Shown here: piece after piece, positions 49,973-60,153 of the stretch | Position numbering within the stretch: the stretch's first letter is position 1 | Layout of the letters: each line of letters starts with the position of its first letter | Assembly (NCBI GenBank): GCA_041497135.1 | Contig: JBGQFX010000009.1 | Coordinates: 128-64,127 of the forward strand | Reading direction: 5' to 3' | DNA: 64,000 nucleotides | DNA from: Gemmatimonadota bacterium | GTDB taxonomy: Bacteria; Gemmatimonadota; Gemmatimonadetes; Gemmatimonadales; GWC2-71-9 | Made by a program: the position numbers and the translations under genes | Notes under the pieces: model-generated | Seen by the model: only the letters and a program-made list of their open reading frames with translations | Told to the model about the DNA's origin: nothing | The model's database searches: none

Positions 49973-51321
49973 CGCTTCCCGAAGCCTGGCGGCGCGGGGA
50001 AGTGGCGGTCATCGGCCTCGGCAAGAGCGGCGTCGCGGCCACACGCCTCCTGGTGCAAGAGGGTGCGCGTGTGTACGCCAGCGACGCTGCGCCCACGCCC
50101 GGCGCCGGCGCCGCAGTCGAAGCGTTGCGCGCGCTCTCGGGCGTGACCATCGAGCTCGGGCATCATGACCTGGACCGGATCCGCCGCGCCAGCGTCGTCG
50201 TCGTATCGCCGGGCGTTCCACCGGACGCGCCGCCGCTCACCGCCGCGCGCGGGGCCGGCGTCGTGATCGTCTCGGAGCTCGATCTCGGGTTCCTGGCGTT
50301 GGCGGATTTGCAGTGCATCGCCGTTACGGGTACCAACGGTAAGACGACCACGACAGCGCTCGTGGCGCACCTGCTGCAGACGACGGGCCTGCGGGCGGAG
50401 GCGGCGGGCAACATCGGTCGTCCGCTGGCGGACGTGGCGCTGGGTCCCGCGGGTCTGCGATGGCTCGCGGTGGAAGTGTCGTCGTTCCAGCTGCACGACA
50501 GCCCGGACTTCTCGCCCACCATCGGGGTGCTGACGAACCTGTCCCCCGATCATCTGGACCGCTACCCGGACATCGCGGCGTATTATGCCGACAAGCGGTT
50601 GCTGTTTCGTAACGCGACCGACGCCAGCGTATGGATCGTGAATGGCGACGATCCGGCGGCCCTGGGCCTCGCGGCAGACGTTCCGGGGCGGCTCGTCCGG
50701 TTTTCCCTGCGCGGGCCGGCCGATGGCTGGTACGACGCCGCCGAGCGCACCCTCCGCCTGGGTGGGGCCGTGCTGGTGCCGCGCGATGCGCTGGCGCTGC
50801 TGGGGAACCACAACGTCGCCAATGCTCTGGCGGCGAGCCTCGCGGTGCTCGAAGCCGGAATCGGCCCGGCGGCGATCGCCCGTGGACTGCGCAGTTTTCG
50901 GGCTCTGCCGCACCGACTCGAGCCGGTGGGGGAGGCCGGCGGTGTTCGGTGGATCAACGACTCCAAGGCCACCAACGTCGCCTCCACGGTGGTGGCGATC
51001 GAAGCGATGGATCGGCCCTTCGTGCTGTTGCTGGGAGGGCGTCACAAGGGAGAGCCGTATGCGCGGCTCGCCCCTCTGCTCAAGGAGCGGTGCCGCCTCG
51101 TGATCGCCTACGGCGAGGCCGGGCCGCTGGTCGAGCGGGACCTGGCGGGACAGGTGCCGGTGGAGCGCGGCGGCGACTTCTCCGACGTCATGGCCCGCGC
51201 CCGGCGGGCGGCGCGCCGCGGTGAGGCGGTGCTGTTGTCACCCGCCTGCTCGAGCTACGACATGTTCTCGAATTACGAGGAGCGCGGCGCGACGTTCCGG
51301 CGCCTCGCTCTGGCGGCATGA
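49969..51321 (+). CDS. murD: MurD ligase
   Basis: GLGKSG, SPGVP, TGTNGKTTT, EVSSFQL, DSKATN, SPACSSYD. Confidence 0.97.
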   Translation: MTLPEAWRRGEVAVIGLGKSGVAATRLLVQEGARVYASDAAPTPGAGAAVEALRALSGVTIELGHHDLDRIRRASVVVVSPGVPPDAPPLTAARGAGVVIVSELDLGFLALADLQCIAVTGTNGKTTTTALVAHLLQTTGLRAEAAGNIGRPLADVALGPAGLRWLAVEVSSFQLHDSPDFSPTIGVLTNLSPDHLDRYPDIAAYYADKRLLFRNATDASVWIVNGDDPAALGLAADVPGRLVRFSLRGPADGWYDAAERTLRLGGAVLVPRDALALLGNHNVANALAASLAVLEAGIGPAAIARGLRSFRALPHRLEPVGEAGGVRWINDSKATNVASTVVAIEAMDRPFVLLLGGRHKGEPYARLAPLLKERCRLVIAYGEAGPLVERDLAGQVPVERGGDFSDVMARARRAARRGEAVLLSPACSSYDMFSNYEERGATFRRLALAA

Positions 51322-52484
51322 CCGAACGGCGCTGGGAAACGCGGCTGCTTGCGGTGGTCGCGATGGCGCTGTCGATGATCGGCGTCGTCGCCGTGTACGG
51401 CGCCTCGAGCCTGCTGCGCGTCAAGGGCGGTGGGGTCGTGGGCTCGAGTTATGCGCTGAACCAGGGCGTCGGCCTTCTGGTGGGCGGGGTGCTGGCCACG
51501 ATCGTCGCCCGGCTCGACTACCACGTGTGGGAGCGGTACGCCTGGCCGCTGCTCGGCATGGTCGCGATCCTGCTGGTGGTGCCGTTGCTGCCCTTCACGC
51601 GTTCGATCGCACCGGTGTTGAACGGCGCCCGCCGCTGGGTCTACCTCGGGCCGTTGCGGGTGCAGCCGTCCGAGCTTGCCAAGGTTGTCGTGGTCGCCTG
51701 GACGGCGATGCTCGCGGCCAAGAAGGGCGAGCAGATGCGGAGCTTCCAGCGCGGCGTCGTGCCAGTGATGGTGGTCGTGGCGCCGGTCGTCGCCCTGATC
51801 TTCCTTGAGCCCAATCTCTCCATGGCGTTGCTGGTGACGCTGCTCGCGGGCGTGGTGATGTTCGCGGCGGGGGCGAAGATCGGCCATTTTCTGCTGCTCG
51901 CCGTGGGCTCGGCTCCCCTCATCTTCGGCGCGGTCGCGACGGCGCAGTACCGGCTGGCTCGCGTACTCACCTTCTTGAATTCGGGGAGCGCTCCCAGCGA
52001 GGCGACCTGGCAAGTGCACCAGTCGCTCGTGGGGATCGGGGCGGGTCAACTGTTCGGCGTGGGCATCGGACAGGGCCAGCAGAAGCTCGGCTACCTCCCG
52101 TACGCTTACAGCGATTTCATTTTCTCCACCCTCGGTGAAGAGTGGGGCTTCATCGGCGTGCTGGGACTGGCGCTCGGGTTCGGCCTGTTCGTCTGGCTCG
52201 GCTTTCGCATCGCGCGCTCGGCCCGCGATCCATTCGGCCAGCTCCTGGCGGCGGGCCTGACGGCGCTGATCGGGCTGAGCGTCGTACTGCACGTCGGGGT
52301 GAACCTCGCCGTGCTCCCCGCCACCGGCATCACGCTGCCGTTCGTTTCCAATGGACGATCCAGTCTGCTGGTCGCGCTCATCGCCACGGGAATTCTGGTC
52401 AGCGTCGGGCAGGGACGGGGCGCTGGGGCCGCCCCGTCGCCTCCGCGATCGTCGCGCCGAGCGCGAGCCGCGCGCAGCGCGTGA
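51318..52484 (+). CDS. ftsW: SEDS glycosyltransferase FtsW
   Basis: GARRW, QPSELAK, DFIFS..GEEWG, TGITLPFVS. Confidence 0.95.
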   Translation: MTERRWETRLLAVVAMALSMIGVVAVYGASSLLRVKGGGVVGSSYALNQGVGLLVGGVLATIVARLDYHVWERYAWPLLGMVAILLVVPLLPFTRSIAPVLNGARRWVYLGPLRVQPSELAKVVVVAWTAMLAAKKGEQMRSFQRGVVPVMVVVAPVVALIFLEPNLSMALLVTLLAGVVMFAAGAKIGHFLLLAVGSAPLIFGAVATAQYRLARVLTFLNSGSAPSEATWQVHQSLVGIGAGQLFGVGIGQGQQKLGYLPYAYSDFIFSTLGEEWGFIGVLGLALGFGLFVWLGFRIARSARDPFGQLLAAGLTALIGLSVVLHVGVNLAVLPATGITLPFVSNGRSSLLVALIATGILVSVGQGRGAGAAPSPPRSSRRARAARSA

Positions 52485-53578
52485 AGATCCTCTTCGCCGG
52501 AGGCGGCACCGGCGGGCACCTCATGCCCGCGCTCGCGCTCGCGCAGGCATTGCGCGACGCGCGCCCCGATGCGGAACCGGTTCTGGCGGGCGCGCTACGG
52601 GGGATCGAGGCCGATATCCTGCCGCGGCATCCGTTCCGTCACTACCTCCTGCCCATGGAGCCGCTGTACCGGCACCAATGGTGGCGCAACCTGCGCTGGC
52701 CGCTCTTGGCGTGGCGCGTGTGGCGCTCCGTCGGCCGGATGCTCATTCTCGAGCGACCCGATGTCGTCGTCGGGACGGGTGGCTACGCGGCCGGGCCCGT
52801 CGTGTGGCGGGCGCAACGGCTGGGGATTCCAACGGCGCTGCAGGAGCAGAACGCGATCCCGGGCCTCACCACGCGCTGGCTGGCGCGTCGCGCACGCCAG
52901 ATTCACCTCGGCTTCCCCGAGGCGGCGAGCCGGTTGCGCCCGGGGCCGCGCACGGAGGTGTTCGCGCTGGGCAATCCGATCCGACCGCCCGCGGCCGCAG
53001 AGCCTGGTGATCGGGCGACCGCACTCGCAGCGTTCGGTCTCGACGCTTCGCGTGCCACGGTGCTCGTATTCGGCGGCAGCCAGGGGGCTCGCGTCATCAA
53101 TTACGCCGTCGCCGGCGCGCTCGAGCACCGCGGGCTGGAGAACGTGAACCTGCTCTGGGGCACCGGGCCGGCGCACGCCAGTACGTTCACGCGCTACGCG
53201 GTGAATGGGCGGGTCGTGGTGCAGGGGTTTTTCGATCCGATAGCGCGCGCGTATCGTGCGGCCGACGTCGTCGTGTGCCGGGCCGGGGCGATGACGACGG
53301 CGGAGCTGTGCGCTTGGGGAAAGGCCAGCGTGCTGGTGCCGCTCGCGCACGCCGCGGCGGATCATCAGTTGTACAACGCGCGCGCGCTCGAAGCTCGTGG
53401 CGCGGCTGTGGTGCTCACCGAGGCCCAAGTCTCCGGTCGCACACTCGCGGCGCGCGTCGACGAGCTGCTGGGCGACGCTCACCGTCGCGCTGCCCTCGCG
53501 GCCGCGGCAGGGGAGCGGGGACGTCCGTCGGCTGCCGCCGACATAGTGTCAAGATTATTGACACTGCCGGGTGATTGA
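52481..53578 (+). CDS. murG: MurG glycosyltransferase
   Basis: GGGTGGH, GGY, EQN, GNP, GGSQGA, RAGA, HQ..NA. Confidence 0.97.
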   Translation: MKILFAGGGTGGHLMPALALAQALRDARPDAEPVLAGALRGIEADILPRHPFRHYLLPMEPLYRHQWWRNLRWPLLAWRVWRSVGRMLILERPDVVVGTGGYAAGPVVWRAQRLGIPTALQEQNAIPGLTTRWLARRARQIHLGFPEAASRLRPGPRTEVFALGNPIRPPAAAEPGDRATALAAFGLDASRATVLVFGGSQGARVINYAVAGALEHRGLENVNLLWGTGPAHASTFTRYAVNGRVVVQGFFDPIARAYRAADVVVCRAGAMTTAELCAWGKASVLVPLAHAAADHQLYNARALEARGAAVVLTEAQVSGRTLAARVDELLGDAHRRAALAAAAGERGRPSAAADIVSRLLTLPGD

Positions 53579-53616
53579 CGGTAGCTCTTTTCTAAGTCAC
53601 GATAATTCCCTATATT
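53545..53616 (+). promoter_or_regulatory. AT-rich murG-murC junction with a palindrome and candidate promoter
   Basis: AGTGTCAA-N5-TTGACACT at 53545-53565; TTGACG at 53575; TATATT at 53611. Confidence 0.45.
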
Positions 53617-53628
53617 AGCTCCCCACAG

Positions 53629-55026
53629 ATGACCTTGTTTGCACCCGATGGCGATTCACGCTCCATCCACTTCATGGGTATCGCCGGAGCGGGCATGAGT
53701 GCCCTGGCGCTGCTGGCCAAGCGCCGCGGGGTGCCTGTAAGTGGTTGTGATAATGACACTTCCGGTGCTGCTGACCTCGAGGCGCTGGGCGTACCCGTGT
53801 GGCAGGGGCATGACCCAGCCCATTTGGACCAGGCGCGAGCCGTCGTGGTGACGGCAGCGGTGCCGAAGGATCACCCAGAGCTGGCCCGCGCCCATGCGCG
53901 CGGGTTGCCGGTGGTGCGCCGAGCGGATGCGCTTGGCGCGGTTGTCGCCGGTGCGACGGTCGTGGCCGTCGCCGGCACGCACGGCAAGACGACGACGACC
54001 GCGATGGCGACGCAGGCGCTCGCGGCTGCTGGACGGGATCCCACGGGTCTCGTGGGCGGGCGGGTCGCCGCGTGGGGCGGGAACGCGCGCATTGGGGACG
54101 CATCGCTCTACGTCGTGGAAGCGGATGAGTTCGACAAGGCGTTTCTGTCGCTCGCCCCGACCGTCGCGGTGATCAACAACGTCGAAGCGGATCATCTCGA
54201 ATGCTACGGCGGCCGGGTGGACGAGCTCGAAGCCGCGTTCGTCCAGTTCGCGCGAAGCGCGCGGCGAGCCATCGTCGGCACGGACGATCCCGGCGCGGGG
54301 CGCGTGGCGGCGGCACTCGACGTGCCGGTGTGGCGTTTCGGCACGGCGGCCGGGTGTGACGTGCGCATCACCGACGTGGTGCAGGGGCCAGATGGCTCGC
54401 GCGCCACGCTCACGCTGCCGGGCGTGCGTCCGATCACGTTGCGCCTGCGGCTGCCGGGGCTGCACAATGTGCGCAACGCCGCGGCGGCGCTCGCGGTCGC
54501 TCGGGCGCTCGATGCCGATCTCGGACGAGCCGCGGCCGCGCTGGCGGAGTTTGGCGGCGCGGCTCGGCGCTTTGAGCGAGTCGGTGAAACGTTGGGGGTG
54601 ACCGTGATCGATGACTACGCACACCACCCGAGTGAAGTGCGGGCCACACTCGCCGCAGCCCGGCAGGCGTTTCCGAGCCGACGGCTGGTGGCGGTGTTTC
54701 AGCCCCACCTCTATTCCCGCACCGCGCTGCACGGCGACGCGCTGGGGCGCGAGCTCGCGGCCGCCGACCAGGTCGTCGTGGCGCCGATCTATGCGGCGCG
54801 CGAGCAGCCACTGCCCGGTGTGACGGCGGAGCTGGTGGCCGCGGGGGCCCGAGCAGCCGGCGCGCAGCCCGTGACGGTGGAGCGTGCCGCTCTGGCGGAA
54901 CGAGTGGCGGACGTGGTGCGGCCTGGCGACGTCGTGCTGACGCTGGGCGCGGGCGATGTCACGCGCGTGGGTCGCGATCTGCTCGCGCTGCTCGGCGCCC
55001 GGAACCTGGGAAGCGAGTCGCGGTGA
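53629..55026 (+). CDS. murC: MurC ligase
   Basis: HFMGIAGAGMSALA, GTHGKTTTT, EADE, DDYAHHP, FQPH. Confidence 0.97.
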   Translation: MTLFAPDGDSRSIHFMGIAGAGMSALALLAKRRGVPVSGCDNDTSGAADLEALGVPVWQGHDPAHLDQARAVVVTAAVPKDHPELARAHARGLPVVRRADALGAVVAGATVVAVAGTHGKTTTTAMATQALAAAGRDPTGLVGGRVAAWGGNARIGDASLYVVEADEFDKAFLSLAPTVAVINNVEADHLECYGGRVDELEAAFVQFARSARRAIVGTDDPGAGRVAAALDVPVWRFGTAAGCDVRITDVVQGPDGSRATLTLPGVRPITLRLRLPGLHNVRNAAAALAVARALDADLGRAAAALAEFGGAARRFERVGETLGVTVIDDYAHHPSEVRATLAAARQAFPSRRLVAVFQPHLYSRTALHGDALGRELAAADQVVVAPIYAAREQPLPGVTAELVAAGARAAGAQPVTVERAALAERVADVVRPGDVVLTLGAGDVTRVGRDLLALLGARNLGSESR

Positions 55027-55715
55027 CGGCACGTGGGCGGCGGGTCGCGGTCGGGCTCGTGGCGGCGCTCGCGGCGTGGGTCCTCGGGCCGCGCCTGCTG
55101 CGCCATGTCGGGTTTTTCCGGGTGCGCCAGGTCGAGCTCGTCGGGGTGCGCTATCTCGCGCCTGACGCCGTGATCGGCGCCCTGCATCTGGGGCCGAGCG
55201 CCAGCATGTTCGACGACCTGGATCCGCTCACCGAGCGACTGCAGGGCCTGCCGGGTATCGCCGAAGCGCGGATTGTACGGCGGTTCCCCGGTGCGCTGAA
55301 GCTGATGGTACGTGAGGAGGAGGCGGTGGCGCTGGTGCCGGGTGTGGCGGGTGGGCCGCTCACGGTCGTGGACGGGGCGGGCCGCCCCATGCCCTTCGAT
55401 CCATCGCGCGGCGCGCCGGACTTGCCGGTGGCATCGAGCGCGGATACCGATCTCGTGAGCGTGCTGGCATTGGTCCAGTCGGTGGGTCCGTCGTTGTTCG
55501 AGTCGATCTCCACGGCACGCGCCGATCGGAACACCGTCACGCTGCAGCTCTCAGGGCGGCGCCTGTTGGTGCGGCGGGATGTCGGCCCGGAGGTGATTCG
55601 CGTCCTGGAATCGGTCGCTCACGATCTGGCAGTGCGCGGGCGGCCATATGCGGAGCTCGACGCGCGCTTCGCGGGTCAGGTCGTCGTGCGGCGCGCGAGC
55701 CGGGTGGGGACGTGA
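55023..55715 (+). CDS. ftsQ: FtsQ/DivIB
   Basis: TM, POTRA (RRFPG..L.VRE), C-terminal LDARF; precedes ftsA. Confidence 0.85.
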   Translation: MTARGRRVAVGLVAALAAWVLGPRLLRHVGFFRVRQVELVGVRYLAPDAVIGALHLGPSASMFDDLDPLTERLQGLPGIAEARIVRRFPGALKLMVREEEAVALVPGVAGGPLTVVDGAGRPMPFDPSRGAPDLPVASSADTDLVSVLALVQSVGPSLFESISTARADRNTVTLQLSGRRLLVRRDVGPEVIRVLESVAHDLAVRGRPYAELDARFAGQVVVRRASRVGT

Positions 55716-56965
55716 CGCGCGATCGTCGTCTGGTAGCGGGACTCGATCTGGGCAGCACCAAGACCTGCGCGGTGATCGCGGAAGTGGTCGGGGATCTGCC
55801 CCGCACGCCGCTGGCGAAGGTGTTGGGCGTGGGCCTCGCCAAGAACAGCGGGGTGCGGCGCGGCGTGGTACGGGACATCGAGGAAACCACACGCTCGGTG
55901 ACCGCGGCCATGCGCGACGCGGAGCGCATGTCGGGGGTCAAAGTGGCCGCGGTCACCTGCGGCATCGCGGGAGAGCACGTGTCGGCGCGTGGCTCATCGG
56001 GGGTCGTCGCGGTGAACGGCGACGAGATCACGGCGGGAGACGTGGCGCGGGTGAACGAGGTCGCCCGCGCCGTTTCGCTCGGGCCCGATCAGGAGCTGCT
56101 GCATGACATCCCGCAGGAGTACATGGTCGATCAGCAGCGCGGTATCTCGGATCCGGTGGGGATGACCGGGATGCGGCTCGAAGTCGAGATGTACCTCGTG
56201 ACCGTGCAGTCGACCGCCGCCCAAAACCTGCGCAAGGCGGTGCAGCGGGCCGGCTATCGCGTGGCCGACCTGGTGCTCGAGCCGCTGGCCGCGTCGTACG
56301 CGGTGCTGACCGACGACGAGAAGGAGCTGGGCGTTGCGCTGGTCGAGGTGGGCGGGGGCTCGACCGGTGTCGCGATCTTCCACGAGGGCAAGATCCGGCA
56401 CGTCGCGTCGCTCAAGTACGCCGGGGCCCACGTGACGAACGACCTCGTGCAGGGGCTGGGCGTGACCCAGGCCGACGCCGAGCGGTTGAAGGAGCGGCAC
56501 GGCATCGCCTACGCACCGCTGGTCGATGCGTCGGAGATGATCAACCTGCCGTCCACGCCGGGGCAGGGCGCCCGGCAGGCGTCGCGTGAGCTGCTGTCGC
56601 ATATCATTCATCAGCGGCTGGACGAGATCTTCATGCTGGTGGGGCGCGAGTTCGAGCGCGCCGGGTACGGTGGCGGCCGACTGCCGGCGGGCGTGGTGCT
56701 GACCGGTGGGACGGCGCATCTGCCCGGCCTGGTCGAGCTGGCGCGCGAAGTCTTCGCCGTGCCGGTGCGAGCGGGCACGCCCGAGCTGGGCATTTCCGGC
56801 CTGGTGGACAGCGTGCAGGCGCCGCGCTATGCCGTGCCGGTGGGGCTCGTGCTGTACGCGGCGCGTCGGCTGGCGCAGGGCGTGGCCGGGGCGGGCGCGG
56901 CAGGGGACGGCGGCGTCGAGCGGATGCTGGGACCGCTCAAACGGTGGCTGCAGGACTTCTTCTGA
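55712..56965 (+). CDS. ftsA: Cell division protein FtsA
   Basis: [25 protein letters not shown]-terminal amphipathic helix KRWLQDFF. Confidence 0.97.
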   Translation: MTRDRRLVAGLDLGSTKTCAVIAEVVGDLPRTPLAKVLGVGLAKNSGVRRGVVRDIEETTRSVTAAMRDAERMSGVKVAAVTCGIAGEHVSARGSSGVVAVNGDEITAGDVARVNEVARAVSLGPDQELLHDIPQEYMVDQQRGISDPVGMTGMRLEVEMYLVTVQSTAAQNLRKAVQRAGYRVADLVLEPLAASYAVLTDDEKELGVALVEVGGGSTGVAIFHEGKIRHVASLKYAGAHVTNDLVQGLGVTQADAERLKERHGIAYAPLVDASEMINLPSTPGQGARQASRELLSHIIHQRLDEIFMLVGREFERAGYGGGRLPAGVVLTGGTAHLPGLVELAREVFAVPVRAGTPELGISGLVDSVQAPRYAVPVGLVLYAARRLAQGVAGAGAAGDGGVERMLGPLKRWLQDFF

Positions 56966-56984
56966 TCGAGGGCCCGAGGGAGCC

Positions 56985-58166
56985 ATGATCTTCGAACTGG
57001 AAGAGACGGTCGGACAGACCGCGCGCATGAAAGTCGTCGGCATCGGCGGGGGCGGCGGCAACGCCCTGAACCGGATGATCGACGAAGGCGTGGCCGGCGT
57101 CGAGTTCATTGCGGTCAACACCGACGCCCAGGCGCTCGAGAAGAACCGGTCCGGGTTGAAGGTCCAGATCGGCAAGAAGCTCACGCGCGGACTGGGCGCG
57201 GGCGCGCGGCCCGAGATCGGCCGCCAGGCGATCGAAGAGAACCGGGACGAGGTGCTGCACGCGTTGCAGGGCGCCGACCTCGTGTTCGTCACCTGCGGCA
57301 TGGGCGGCGGCACGGGCACGGGTGCCGCGCCGATCATCTCCCAGGTCGCCCGCGATCTGGGGGCCCTCACGATCGGCATCGTGACCAAGCCGTTCTTGTT
57401 CGAAGGCCGCAAGCGAATGCGTCAGGCCGAAATGGGCATCGCCGAGATGCGCAAGCACGTGGATACGATGATCGTGGTCCCCAACGAGCGGCTGCTCGCG
57501 GTGGTGGGGAAGGGGATTCCGTTCCAGGACGCGCTCAAGAAGGCCGACGAGGTCCTGCTGCACGCCACCCAGGGCATCTCCTCGATCATCTGCGTGACCG
57601 GCGAAGTGAACGTAGATTTTGCCGACGTGCGGACCGTGATGCAGAACGGCGGGACGGCGCTGATGGGCACCGGCACCGGTCGGGGAGAGAATCGCGCCAT
57701 GGAAGCGGCGCAGCAGGCGATCAGCTCTCCGCTGCTCGACAACATTTCCATTGCCGGGGCCACCGGCGTGTTGATCAACATCACCGGCGGCCCGGACTAC
57801 ACGTTGGGTGAGGTGACGCAGATCAGCGAAGCGATCCACGACGCCGCCGGCGACGACGCCGAGATCATTTTCGGCGCCGTGCGCGATCCGGCGATGCAGG
57901 GCGAGGTCCGCGTCACCGTGATCGCCACCGGATTCGATCGGCCAGCGGCCGGCGCCGAAGCGCCCGCCGCCGCTCCCTCGGCCCGTCCGGCGGTCGGCGT
58001 GCTGCCGTTCGAAAAACGGCCGGCCCGGCCCACGCCCACCGCGCCTCCGGGATTCGCCAAGCCGGGCGAAACGCCGCCGCCGCGCCGTCCCTCGACCCCC
58101 GGGGGCGGGCAGCCGGAAGTGAACGAGATGGAAATCCCGACCTTCATTCGTCGGCAAATGGATTGA
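56985..58166 (+). CDS. ftsZ: Cell division protein FtsZ
   Basis: [23 protein letters not shown]-terminal EIPTFIRR. Confidence 0.99.
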   Translation: MIFELEETVGQTARMKVVGIGGGGGNALNRMIDEGVAGVEFIAVNTDAQALEKNRSGLKVQIGKKLTRGLGAGARPEIGRQAIEENRDEVLHALQGADLVFVTCGMGGGTGTGAAPIISQVARDLGALTIGIVTKPFLFEGRKRMRQAEMGIAEMRKHVDTMIVVPNERLLAVVGKGIPFQDALKKADEVLLHATQGISSIICVTGEVNVDFADVRTVMQNGGTALMGTGTGRGENRAMEAAQQAISSPLLDNISIAGATGVLINITGGPDYTLGEVTQISEAIHDAAGDDAEIIFGAVRDPAMQGEVRVTVIATGFDRPAAGAEAPAAAPSARPAVGVLPFEKRPARPTPTAPPGFAKPGETPPPRRPSTPGGGQPEVNEMEIPTFIRRQMD

Positions 58167-59422
58167 TGGCGCGACGCGGAGTGGTAGCCGTCGCCGTGCT
58201 GCTTGGCGCGGGCGTCGCCGGCTGGGCGCTGCGCGGTGGCTGGCCGTGGCCGGCGACGGTTCGCGCGCCGGTCATCCGCATCAGCGACGCGTATCGGGAG
58301 TTCGCCGACACCCTGGGAAGTCGCGAGACACTCTCCGACGTGCTGACCCGCGCCGGCATCACGGGGGCACACTATGCCGCGTTCCTCGGGTCCGCGACCC
58401 ACCTCGATGCGCGCCGGCTGCGTCCCGGGTTGGTGTTTCATTTCCGCCGCCCGCTCACCGATTCGGTCGTGGACCGGCTGACGGTGCGGGTCGGCCCCGA
58501 GCGCCGGCTCTGGTACGCGCACGATTCCAGCGGCTGGACGGAGCGCGAAGAGCAGATCGCGTGGCTCCCGCAGCGGTTCCGGATACAGGGGACGATCACG
58601 ACCTCCCTGTACGAAGCGCTCGATGCGACACTGTCCGACACCGTGCTGCCGGCGATCGAGCGCCAGGCACTCGCCTGGGCGATCGCCGACGTGTACGATT
58701 GGGAAGTGGACTTCACGCGCGACGTGCGATCCGGCGACCGCTTCGAAGTGTTGTTCGACCGGCTGGTCTCGCGCGAGGGCGAGCGGCGCTTCGGGCGTGT
58801 GGTGGCGGCTCGCGTGGACGTCGCGCGCAACCCGACGTACGCGTTCTTTTTCGAGGCCGACACGGTGCTGGGCCAGGGTGGATTCTTCGACGACCGCGGG
58901 CGCTCGCTCAAGCGGGCCTTCCTGCGCGCCCCACTCCAGTTCCGCCGCATTTCCAGTCGCTTTGGCGGACGGGTCCATCCCATCCTCGGCACCTACCGTC
59001 GGCACGAAGGCGTGGACTATTCCGCCGCTTACGGCACGCCGGTGCGCGCGACGGCGGACGGCATCGTGACGCACGCCGGCCGGGAGGGCGGCTATGGCAA
59101 CCTGATCGAGGTGCGTCACGCCAACGGCATCCGGACGCGCTACGGCCACCTGTCGGGGTTCGCCCGCGGCCTGCGCATCGGCGCGCACGTCACGCAGGGT
59201 GAGACGGTTGGCTTCGTCGGTTCGACAGGGCTCTCCACCGGTCCGCACCTGCACTATGAGTTCGTCATCAACGGTCGCCCGACCAATCCCCAGCGGACCA
59301 ACGCGGGGGCCGGGGCGCCGGTCCCGCGCACGCTGCAGGCCGCATTCGAGGCCGTGCGCTCGGAGCTCGCGCTCGAGCTCGAGCCGCCACGATCGGCGGG
59401 CGGCGTCGTCAAGGTCGACTAA
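58166..59422 (+). CDS. M23 family peptidoglycan endopeptidase
   Basis: N-terminal TM; HEGVD (HxxxD) and HLH Zn motifs; YGHL; STGPH. Confidence 0.93.
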   Translation: MARRGVVAVAVLLGAGVAGWALRGGWPWPATVRAPVIRISDAYREFADTLGSRETLSDVLTRAGITGAHYAAFLGSATHLDARRLRPGLVFHFRRPLTDSVVDRLTVRVGPERRLWYAHDSSGWTEREEQIAWLPQRFRIQGTITTSLYEALDATLSDTVLPAIERQALAWAIADVYDWEVDFTRDVRSGDRFEVLFDRLVSREGERRFGRVVAARVDVARNPTYAFFFEADTVLGQGGFFDDRGRSLKRAFLRAPLQFRRISSRFGGRVHPILGTYRRHEGVDYSAAYGTPVRATADGIVTHAGREGGYGNLIEVRHANGIRTRYGHLSGFARGLRIGAHVTQGETVGFVGSTGLSTGPHLHYEFVINGRPTNPQRTNAGAGAPVPRTLQAAFEAVRSELALELEPPRSAGGVVKVD

Positions 59423-59436
59423 CTTCCGCTTCACTG

Positions 59437-60153
59437 GTGGACCTCTATCCCGCCGTTGACATCCGGGGCGGGCGCGTCGCGCACGTCCGCACCGGGAATG
59501 CGTTCGCCGCGTCGGTGTACGGCGCCGATCCGGTGGCCGCCGTCCGGCGGCTCGCGACCGAGGGCGCGCACTGGGTGCATGTCGTCGACCTCGATCGTGC
59601 CTACGGCACGGGCTCGAATCGCGACCTCACACAAGAAGTGTTGGTCGGCGCGCCGCTCCAGGTGCAGGTGGGAGGGTCATTGCGCACCGAGGAAGCGATC
59701 GATGAACTGTTGGGGTGGGGCGCGGCGCGGGTCGTGATCGGCTGCGCCGGGGCCGCAAACGATCCGTCCATGGTCGGGCGCCTGGTCCGCCGGCACGGCA
59801 ACGACAGACTGGCGGTGGCGATCGAGGCGACCGACGGCCGCGTGACGCCGCGCGGGGCGGTAGCCGCTCCACCGCTGCCGGTCCTGGATCTCGCGCGCAT
59901 CGTGCGCGACCACGGCGCCCGCACGCTGATCTATACCGACGTGAGCCGCGACGGCACGCTGGCTGGCCCCGATGTCGCCGGGGCGCAGGCGCTCTCCCAG
60001 GTCGGTCTCGCCGTCGTGGCCGGCGGCGGCGTCGGGACGCTTTCCGATCTGGCCGCCCTCAAGTCCGCCGGTCTGGCGGGCGCGATCGTGGGTCGGGCAC
60101 TGCACGAAGGGCGCTTCGCCCTGTCGGAGGCGCTCGCATGCGTCGCCGGCTGA
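59437..60153 (+). CDS. hisA: HisA/HisF-family TIM barrel, divergent HisA-like
   Basis: PAVDIRGG, HVVDLD, QVGG.LR, YTDVSRDGTL.G, GGV, IVGRAL. Confidence 0.75.
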   Translation: MDLYPAVDIRGGRVAHVRTGNAFAASVYGADPVAAVRRLATEGAHWVHVVDLDRAYGTGSNRDLTQEVLVGAPLQVQVGGSLRTEEAIDELLGWGAARVVIGCAGAANDPSMVGRLVRRHGNDRLAVAIEATDGRVTPRGAVAAPPLPVLDLARIVRDHGARTLIYTDVSRDGTLAGPDVAGAQALSQVGLAVVAGGGVGTLSDLAALKSAGLAGAIVGRALHEGRFALSEALACVAG

